The notes under the pieces: generated by a model
The model's input: only the letters and a program-made list of their open reading frames with translations
What the model was told of the DNA's origin: nothing
The model's database searches: none
Program-made: the position numbers and the translations under genes
Assembly: GCA_012295275.1 (NCBI GenBank)
Contig: CM022679.1
Coordinates: forward strand, 18,290,001 to 18,354,000
Origin: Chrysomallon squamiferum
Taxonomy: Eukaryota; Animalia; Mollusca
DNA: 64,000 nucleotides
Direction of reading: 5' to 3'
Shown: one piece after another, positions 50,568 through 61,330 of the stretch
Layout of the letters: each line of letters begins with the position of its first letter
How positions within the stretch are numbered: the first letter of the stretch is position 1

Positions 50568-51853
50568 GTGTGTGTATTAACTGCTAAATTCTGTAATTAC
50601 AAAACTTTATAAATGTAATTATATGTTTGCACACAAAACTTCTCACCTGCCCTTTGGACAAGTGTAACAATACTTGCATTTGTCTCTAAGATCTATCATT
50701 AAGTCTTTTAACGTTGTGGTGCCAAAGACATTTAGTACATGTGAGGATCATCACATCACTTAGCCTTTGAAAATATCTATTATATAAATTAATATAATAT
50801 TCCTAGCACATGTTGTACAGAAAACAAAAAGAAGCGCTTTTATAAATTAAAAAAAAAAAAAAATTATATATATATATATATAAAGTTAGCCTTATACATT
50901 TTAAATTATTATTTAGTTATGGTTTAAGATTTAATTTTAATTCGTTCTCTGAATCAGTATTTTTTTCATTTCTTGAAAAAAATTATAAATGAATCATCTG
51001 GCTTTGTTTCAGCGGTACTAACAATCATTACAGTGGCGAAAATAATTAAAAGTATCAGAATCCAATTCAGGAACAACAAAAAATTTCCTTCATAAATATC
51101 AACAGTAATAAAATTGTCACTGATACAAGTCTTTTTGTTTCGGTACATATATCAGTTTATATGCAATGAACACGCGTTAGCTACTTACTCGAGTTCAGGC
51201 CTGAATAGATACGTGATCTATTATCAAACTGACAACACGTTTTAGTAACAATTAATAAAAAATGAAATTACTTGAGCTTCTTTGGACAGATGAGAGAGTT
51301 GTCACATTTTACCCAGAGGGCGCGATAAACACGCACAACCTATATATTTTCGTTTTGTGTTTATAGAGTTATCTACCTTAAAAAAAATATATGTATATAT
51401 GTATATATATAATAATAAAAAATAAAAAAAAAGAAGAAGTTTCGCCGTTTTTCAGTCTTTTGTCATTTAAAACTGTTTTAATAATTATACGAAGTATAAA
51501 ATTCAAATGAGATTGATATGCATTATGGCAGTTTAATTGCCCAAAACAATGAAAACAGTTGATCTGAGGCCCAGTTTAAAAATACACAGGCTGAAGCGAG
51601 TTTTAAAACATGCACAAACTGAATTGATACGCGGATTATACCTTTGTCATAAAATAAAACTTAACTCACGTAAACACCCAGAGTGAAATTTTCTCATTTT
51701 CATGCTGTTCATTTGTTATTATTATTTTTTTTATTATTATTATTTATTATTATTTTTTTTTACATACAGTTAACAGTTCTAGTGTCAGCTTAAAAAATAG
51801 CAATTGTTTATTTTATTTTAATTTATTTTCTATGCCTGTACATTTCTAAATGC

Positions 51854-51855
<2 letters not shown>

Positions 51856-51905
<50 letters not shown>
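51856..51905. repeat. (TA)n microsatellite
   Basis: Read directly from the sequence. Confidence 0.95.
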
Positions 51906-51909
<4 letters not shown>

Positions 51910-52170
51910 TATTTACATTTTATGATCTATAATGAACATGAGTAAAGTGAAATAAATGCCGGTTAAATGTATATTGGGCATATGCCACACAAACGGGCAC
52001 GCACATATACATATGTATATATATGCATATACACACGTACACATACATATACGGTAAATTAGTTGTGTTCTGTAAATAAATATCACAGCAATATACCTAA
52101 AAACAGGACATTTTTGAGCTTGTGACTTAGAAAGCCTTTAAGGTCTCTTGCAAATTACAAATGTTTTTTA

Positions 52171-52225
<55 letters not shown>

Positions 52226-52250
52226 TAAATAAATAAATAAATAAATAAAA
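52171..52250. repeat. (AAT)n/(AAAT)n microsatellite
   Basis: Read directly from the sequence. Confidence 0.9.
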
Positions 52251-53251
52251 ACAAAAAGCCTGCAACATCTGCAAAATTAACTGATCGATACATCCAAAAC
52301 ATTATTCAACTTGCTAGCCAACCGTTTAACACATGTATTATAATAGTTTCTGTGTTAAACTGTACTTAAGCAGAAATTCGATAAATCAGCCCATATAGGT
52401 ATATTCTAACAGGTTTGGATAATTTAACATGATCGTAGAATAAAATTATTGACTCGAGTTAATAACTGCAGTTAAAATGTTAAATACCGTTATTTTGATT
52501 AATCTAAAAATTGTCGAGAAGATATTTATTTTTCCATCATAATTCAGATTCCTTATCTAAGAACTGTATATTAATAATTTAATACGGTTTTGTCTTTTAA
52601 TTAAACAATATCTTTATTTCATTTGTCTTATGTATCGATAGTAATATCATTTTGCTGTCCTGTGTGACAGATATAATTATGAATCAATTAAATTTCATTA
52701 AATGTTGTTAGTAATCTTTGGACTTGTTCTTTTTACAAAGAAATAATTGTATAAACAGTGTGCTTTTGTATGTTCAATAATGTACAATAATCCTTCTTCA
52801 TTTTTCTTAATGCTGTCGTTATTGTCGACTTTTTATTGTTGCCGTTGCTTTATTAGTATCATCATCATCATCATTACCCGCAACTGCAGCAGCAGCAGCA
52901 TCGTCATTACCATTATCAGCATTGTAATTTTAACAGCTAATTTCCAGTTAACAGCACCTCCGATTTGAAGTAAATATATCATTTACTTTCATTGTAACAG
53001 CTGGGTCTTTATTCGATTTTTAACAGCTTTCAAAGATCTTATTTAACAGCAGTTAATCTCAAAACATTTCACTTAACTACTTTGTGATACAGAGGGAACT
53101 TTGCATAAAACATTATAAACTTGTACCTTTATTTCTACATCCATAGTGATGCACAAAATAGTTTGTAATATAAAGCGTAGTATGCTGAAAAAAAATTATT
53201 ATCACTGGGTATAAAATTAAGAAAAAAATAAAAATAAAATAATAATAATAA

Positions 53252-53282
<31 letters not shown>

Positions 53283-53311
53283 AAGAAAAAACAAAAAGGC
53301 TTGGATTCAAA

Positions 53312-54426
53312 ATGTTATTCAAAAATAATTTATGGAATTCTACTGTTAGGTGCATTTTATCGACAAAAACAAATGATCGAAGAAAGATTTCCTTGATTTG
53401 TCTTTCTGTTTGTACGACAGCAGTCATAATGTTCGGGTTGGTTTGGCTAGGTAAGTAACTGTGATATTATTTGAAGATTAAAACCATATCGACAAGACTC
53501 TATCTGTGTTTTTGTCTCTTTGTTCTGTCTTTCTCACTCTTCTGTATTTCTGTCTCATGTGGATCTTTCGCGGCACAATGTTTGAAAATCGTTATTCTGT
53601 GTAAAATATTTGACTTCAGATTTACATTTTCTGTCGTACTGAATCTCTCTCTGCCGCTCTCTCACTCTCTTGTCTATCTGTGTGTCCTTTTCTGCCAAAA
53701 ATTAGAACATTTCAAAAATCATATTTCTCTAAATATTACTAATTGTAGGCAGCTTTGTCTATAACGCCATTACTATTATTATTCGATTTGGAAATCACTT
53801 GTTGTTGTCAGAAACAAATATAGCAATTACTTTAACGTATGCAACATACATACATACATACATACATGCACGCGCCTTCCATATTATGGAATATATTCAG
53901 ATTTAGTTTGTTTCTGAAGACCAGTCCATCTGAAGACATCTAAAAATAATAAACTTGCTAAGATGCTGAATTTATCATTTTATATATATATGCCTACAAT
54001 ATATGTATATTTGTATGTATGTTTGTTTTTAAAAAAGCCGTGGTAAAAAAAAATCACTGCGAGCTGTTTGTGTGCATTAATTGCATTTTGTTAACAATGG
54101 TCGATAGAACAGATACCATGAGCACTCAAAAGTAAATAACAAGGACATTGTTTTTATTTATTTTTTTGCATTTCATATCTAACGATGGCTCGGCAGGAAA
54201 CAGCAAACAGGTTTGTATCTATTATATAATTATAATTATTGATACATGTGTATAGTATTAGTATTTCACAGGGTTTATTATTTTTTACTTTATTTAAAAA
54301 ATTTGTGTTTTAATTACTTTGAATTTCATCAACATGTTACAAATGCGAAATATTTTAAATTCTTTATGTTATAATTGTTTGTTTTCACTAATAGTTTATC
54401 AGTTGGTTAAATAATAAATAATAAAT

Positions 54427-54459
<33 letters not shown>

Positions 54460-54690
54460 TTATACATTTTTTTTAAATAATCGATCTGAAAACTAATGTT
54501 ATATAACAGTGTATATGTAAAACATTTACATATGGAAGTATCGAATTATGCAGATGTCGAAGTTATTTAAGATATCGAGTTATATAAATATCGAAATGCT
54601 TACTTTGTTATTCTTTTCTTTTCTTTCTTTCTTTTTTTTCTTTTTTTTTGTCTTCTTTCTTTTCTTTCTTCCTTATTTTTTTGTCTTCTT

Positions 54691-54726
<36 letters not shown>

Positions 54727-56726
54727 ACAGTTCTCTCAACAAATCATTATTGATCAGTGTTTAATATCGTTAGCATTATAAAATGTGTATTTGTTTTTCT
54801 AATCTTGTAAAACATGTCTGTGAAAGAAAAAGCTTTTAAAACATAATAACATTTACTAAAGAAGGTTCAAAAACATCTGTGTTGAGGATATGGTGAAAAA
54901 CCATATTACCACCCAGTTTGTGACAACAGCCAAACATGCGAGAAAATTCACAAATATTATTAAAACTCTTACTTATTTTTATTTCACGCTGGCTAAATCA
55001 AAACATTATACATTGGGATTCTCTTGGTCTACATCGTGAACTATGTATAAACTGAATTCGAAACTGATAATTTAAAAATATGTAACATCCAAATGGAAGT
55101 TTTCCTCGTTTTCTAATTATTTAAGTTTCACTTGACCGAACGAAAAAGAAAAGTTTAGGAAATTTCACTCAGTAGAGATTTCGCCTTATTTATGTGCACC
55201 CTATACAAAATCTGGGACATTCTGCTTATAACCTTGTATAAGTAACGTAAATCCATTTCTGACTGCTTTCTGCGACGGACACGCCCGCTGATCTGTCAGA
55301 AAGCGTGCCCGTCGTAGACGTGCTTCACAACAGTTTGCTCTATTTAGCACGTTAATATTTTTCAGTTTCAGTTTCAGTTTCTGATTGCAATCTTCGGTTC
55401 TTTTTAGACGGAGCGACAAATCTACATTTATTTTTAACTGACATGACTAATATAATCATTGTTAGAATTAAAATCCAGCGATCTTAAGCGCACCATAACT
55501 CAAAAATTTGATTTAAAATGAAAGCACTAGTAATTATATCCTTGTTATAACTTTGTTTATAATTTGTAACTGTCAACAGAAAAAAGAAACAATTTTTTTA
55601 CATTTGTACTTCTTTTTTTACTTTCTTGAAGATAATACGATTGTCACAAGAAAATGCAACTAAATTTGACGATCCTTTGCGGGAAGAATTTGAACAGCGA
55701 ATTTTAAAAACTGATGAAATATGCACCAAAAATGAGTCCGGCAGCACGGAAAACATCCTTGTCTTCAAGCCACTGAAGATGGCATATTGTGTTATACCTA
55801 AAATTGGCTGTACATTCTGGATTCGAATATTTCGCTTTCTGAATAACGATACTGGAGGAAAGGATATTGACAGTCCTTTCGATGTTAATTGGCAGACAGT
55901 CCATGATAGACAGAAGAGAACAATGAAGATTTATCGTCTTCAAAACGAGCAAGATGCAGAGGAAATGAAATCCATGACACGTTTTATGTTTGCCCGGAAT
56001 CCATACTCTCGATTATGGTCGGCGTACATTAACAAATTATTTTTACCCAGCTACTGGTTGTTAACAGGAAGGAGAATTATTATTGGCAGGCCAAATGCAA
56101 GTTCACAGAGCTTAGAATGTGGCCATGATGTAACTTTTGAGGAATTTTTAAATTTCATAGCGAAAAGAGGTGCTCATTTTCCTGAGCGATTAGATGGTCA
56201 TTGGCGACCCATCCAGTATTACTGTAATCCATGTATTTTTAATCCTCACATCATAGCAAAACAAGAAACATTTTCAAGGGATATGAAATATATACTCAAA
56301 CTGTTCAATCTTAGTTACTTGTTGAAAAACTATTCACATAAAAATCACATGGAAAATGAAATAAAAAGTATTTCCAAATATGCATTTTTCGAGAAGCAAA
56401 GAATTCCAGCTAAGTGTTTGTCTAACAATCTTATAGAGAAAAGACTGTGGAAAGCACTGCAAATTAATGGATTTTTGCCGCTAGATGAAAACTGGCTTGA
56501 CGAGAAGTATTCAGAAAAAGAACCCGGTTACAATAATTTTATACAAATAGCTATAAAAGCGTTCCAGAAAAACATCAACACTCTGAAGGAATGGAATTTG
56601 AAAAGAACAGAAATTATGATCAGTGCTTACAAGCAAGTAGCCAAATCACTTTTAGATAAAATTATTGATATTTTTAAAAAAGATTTTGAATATTTTGGTT
56701 ATACAACAAACGTCAATTTAATTTAA
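53312..56726 (+). CDS. Golgi carbohydrate sulfotransferase, Sulfotransfer_2 (CHST8-14 / HNK-1ST-like) family
   Basis: The large exon 55632-56726 carries the 5'-PSB motif YCVIPKIGCTFW, the 3'-PB motif FMFARNPYSRLWSAY, VTFEEFL, HWRP, C.PC and a terminal DFEYFGY. Candidate first exon 53312-53450 encodes a basic stretch plus type II TM anchor (RRKISLICLSVCTTAVIMFGLVWL) and ends at a strong G|GTAAGT donor. The linking exon structure is inferred. Confidence 0.9.
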
Positions 56727-57204
56727 TATATTATTATTTTTTTATTGTATTATATTATTATATTAAATTATTTAATTCATTTTTTGTTATTTTGTTTTAT
56801 TGACTTTCTAATATGGAAATGTACATGCACAGATCAATGTAACAGTTTTTTATTTTTATTTTTTTATCTTTTATTATTATTTTTTTGTTGATTTTCCTGT
56901 GCCTGATTTTGAAATAATTTTGAAAGTTGCCATCCACGATGTTAAACTGTACATTGGTCCTGAAAACATAATACGAAGGGGACGCTATCGTCCATGGGGA
57001 TAATCATTGCATATTCAGCAAGTTTTATAAAACACTATTCTGCATCTCTAATAATTAATTCCATCAAAGGATGTAAGGGATCTAATTTAATCTGCATTTT
57101 ACCATTATAATCATAAATATCTTTATCTTTTTTTATTCTTTTTTTTTTTTTTATCTTAAAATGAATAGTGAAATAACAGATTTGTATGTCATTTAATTTG
57201 TATC

Positions 57205-57260
57205 TTGGCCCTCCTCCATAGCTGTATGGCACCCTCTCTCCAAAAGGTTGCCGATCCCTG
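57205..57260. mobile_element. Isolated hAT/Charlie-type terminal fragment
   Basis: Ends in AAAAGGTTGCCGATCCCTG, the reverse complement of a CAGGG.TCGGCAACCTTTT Charlie-like TIR. I did not find the partner end. Confidence 0.4.
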
Positions 57261-57996
57261 GCATAAACTTTTTAATCAGTTTTCACTATTATACTAGTAC
57301 TCATGTGGTTTGTTCTGTATTATATACATAAAAAAAGTGAATGTTTTCATTGTTGTTTTATTTCCACCATTTTTTTTTATTTTTTTATTTTTTTTTTAAT
57401 ACAAACACTCCTGTTTAAAGACCGCGCGCCCCGCTCTCTGATCTGTCAGGATTGCATCTCATTTCGAATTCGTTCCCACAGTAGGCCAGTATTCACTATA
57501 CTAGCCTTCACAATCTCCAAGATTACATTATGTCTATAAATGTGTACTTGTATGGGCACCCCAAACTACAAGATGTTACAATTTTCGCTGCTTGTATTTT
57601 TATGTTCTGTAATATATAAAAGTTATTCAAATTAAAACTAAGTTATCAAGTTGGAATTTTCTTTAGACCTTTTATTTATTCAGAATAAATAAAACCCTTT
57701 AGCTGTATTTACAGTATCCAACCATCAGTAATATACATAACAGCTATTGTTACACAACTATATATAAAAATGATACATATGGTACAAATGTGGCATTAAA
57801 ACAATATTTAAAGATGGTTGACACAAACCATTACCAGCAGAGTATGCTTGAAATAACGGTAAGGGGCGGCTTCTCGCTTATCAGTCAATTCGCTTAACAA
57901 CCTAGCCGTTGGAATGGAACACGGTAATTTAAAATACCAGTTATATTTTAGTTGTTCATACAGTTAACAAAAATACAGTATCAACAAGTTATTAAA

Positions 57997-58056
<60 letters not shown>
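57997..58056. repeat. (ATT)n microsatellite
   Basis: Read directly from the sequence. Confidence 0.9.
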
Positions 58057-59214
58057 TTATATTTTTAATGTTTGTTGTGATAGTAATAAAGAATGCATGT
58101 AAATAGTAAAATACACTTCCAAAGAGGTCCGACGTTTTCCCTTTTTACCTATATTTTTAAACTTCAAAAGGTATTTCATACTTTTACATAAAATGTTTTA
58201 ATACAGACGTATCAGCATATAAATTTATTACATTATTCAGTAAAAATCAGTGACGATGCAATAATGTTATTTTTATTCTGATTTAAGTGTTTTCACAAGC
58301 ATAATTTTTTTTTATAGCATACTGAAAGTTGTATGGGTGATAATTATTATTTTTAAAAATCAATAGGATTTTATATATTTATTTTGCATATGAGTACACA
58401 TCTCTTAAAATGTTTTTAAAAATTGTTATAAATGTATATATTGTGTTATAATCACAAAAAGCCTAACTATATTTTATAATGTATATAAGGTGTGTGAAGC
58501 AAATACTGAAGGGTAACTTAATGAAATAAAAATTATACTTACATACTCATTGTTTTAATTCTTTCTGTTGATTTCTTTTTTTTAATTTACTATAATGTCA
58601 CGTCTCAGAAATAAAAATGAATATAATTATGTCAGTAATTTATTGTTTATTAATTAAAGTAGCCACTAATGTGCTGATAAAATTAATAAGTCATTTTAAT
58701 ATAAGAAAAAAAAAAGATTTGTGAATATATATCAGATATTATCAACGAGAACTAATAGTTGAAAAAAAAGTAAAGTAAAAATTAGGCACACCTACAGTGT
58801 AAGGTTATGACAACATACTTTATTTACCCAGCTAAGGTTATATCCGCAGTAGCAATGTTAGAAATGGCAAAGGTAGACGAAGGTGCGGAGTGAAATATAT
58901 ATATATATATATATATATATACACTGACTGACATGAAACAGCTTTAATGGGTAATAGCCGAATTTTTTACTTACTATAAAATTACTCTCTTTTTTTTTCT
59001 TTTCTTTTTTTGTCGTTGTTGTTAAATAATGCGTATGTTAGAAAACCTATGATATCTGAAGCAAATTATTATGAAGTAGATAGCTATAACACAAATAGAA
59101 ATTGAAAAAGAAACTAAAGCAGTAAATAAGTAAATGAGAGACGCCAGCAAGACAGACACACTGATATAAACAATGCTACATGAAAAAGCGAAAGGAAAAG
59201 AGAAAGTTACAAAG

Positions 59215-59218
<4 letters not shown>

Positions 59219-59300
<82 letters not shown>
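59219..59300. repeat. (AG)n microsatellite
   Basis: Read directly from the sequence. It explains the ERERER ORF. Confidence 0.95.
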
Positions 59301-59304
<4 letters not shown>

Positions 59305-61145
59305 CACTTGAGCGCTTCTGTACTTTTTTCCTTGAGCGTCTCTAGTCGACCATTCGATAAGAAAGTTTAGTTAGTTTTTGTTTTAAAGTTCAGATGACAG
59401 ACTTGGTTATTTACCTGACTCGAGTAACATGGTCAGTCTTAAGCATTACTACATTCCTGAATACTCTGAAGAATGTGTTTATATATAACTAAATGTAGTT
59501 ATTTTACCTGATTCGAAATGAAATGTTATATTAGTTGAAAATGTTTTTAACCATCAGTGAATATTTGTATGTGTGGCTTGCAATTTACGACTAATTAGTT
59601 AAAAATAGTATTACAACTTAATGCTGTCCTGCTGATTATCGGATATTTTTCCTCGTGTACATTTTAGTGTACAAGTAGCGTTAATAAATTAACTTGAAAC
59701 AAGTCTTGTTATTCTTTATAATCTTCATTTCTGTATCAATATCAGTGGTCTTTAGATATGAATAATCACATAATAACATGTATTTTGGGACCTTATAAGG
59801 TTCGATTTGATGCAGAATCTGCCTTGTTTCAAATCGAAATCGGCTTAACGAAGGCCTAAATCCATGGTTTCCTTATAAAATAAGCCATCCAATGCTACTG
59901 CCAGAGGTAATCCGTCCATAATTAATTATAGCAGCATTTTGATCTAAAGGATAATGCCGAAATTAAAGCAATCAAACAAACTACCACTGAAAATCAGTCA
60001 GAAATAGATTTATTAATTAATCAATCAACAGCAGCAAAGGTATATTTTTAATTAAACAACACTGACAAAATATTATTCCAATGGCAAAGAAATCTCAAAA
60101 TTCTTATAAATGAATGGAATTCTTTCCATATGGCATTCTGACTATTGGGTCTTAATCCGGTGGTGTTTTGTCCTGGATTTTTATTATTCTTATTCTTTTT
60201 ACATAATTTAAACAACGCACTACCTTATTTAAAGAAATTGCAACATTTCTCTAAGCAATGTTTTGATACTGTTTTTCACAAAGAAGGAACTAAAAAATAT
60301 TTGTTAAGCATGTTTAACATTAACTGAATAGGTGCCAAACACATTAAATTAATTACATTATTACAACGACGATATTTAAAAGTGAACACTGTCACGGTGA
60401 CTAGTCTGAGTACTACCTAAAATATGGCTCGTCCCGTCTAAAGGTTAGCAGACTATAATAGCGTCACGTGACGAAGTGTTAATCATCTGAGACAACTTAA
60501 ACTAGTAAATGACTATTCTGTATCCACTAGAGAACAATAACACAAACAAGCATTCGATATTCGTGACTGTTTTATATATATTCAGAATTATCATAAATTA
60601 ACCCTCAAGGGTAACATATACTGATATAGTTAAATCGTACGATTCGACGATACGTTGTCAAAGCAAATAATACAAAACTATTTCAGACCAGTTGGTAACT
60701 TGATCTTTCTAAATACTCTTTTTAATTATTAAAATACGTTATCTTTGTTTTATAAATGTAAGTACGTACCACAGAATAACACTATAAAACTTCAACAGTA
60801 ATAGATCTAGCTATCTTCAAACATTCAAGATGTATGTTATATATACAAAACATTAAAACATAATTGCCATTGTCTGCGTTTTCCTTTGTCTTGTGCAGAC
60901 GGCCCACAGACAAAGTCTCTCAGGAAGGGCAGCGATCAAAGATGGTATGGTATGGAAACTCTTTTTACGTGCCCACGTCCAATTCAAGGTTCAGGCACGC
61001 CTATCTCGGATCCTATCTCTGAGATCGCCAGGGATGGGTTCCGGGACAGGAGAGGGGAAGGGAAAGGGGGTGGTGCATTTGAAGTGGGCAGTTTGGAATA
61101 AACCTTAAGTAGTTTTTAGTTAATAAGATCCAAAAGAGTGAAATA

Positions 61146-61146
<1 letters not shown>

Positions 61147-61191
<45 letters not shown>

Positions 61192-61286
61192 CATACACAC
61201 ACATACATACATACATAGATACATACATACCCACACATACATACACATACATACATACACACACATACATACATACATACACACAC

Positions 61287-61317
<31 letters not shown>

Positions 61318-61330
61318 TATTATATATATA
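61147..61330. repeat. Compound (AC)n/(ACAT)n/(AT)n microsatellite
   Basis: Read directly from the sequence. It explains the MYVC-repeat ORFs. Confidence 0.95.

Noticed and set aside
59173-61310. ORFs with ERERER and MYVCMYVC repeats
   Set aside because: They are translations of (AG)n and (AC)/(ACAT)n microsatellites.
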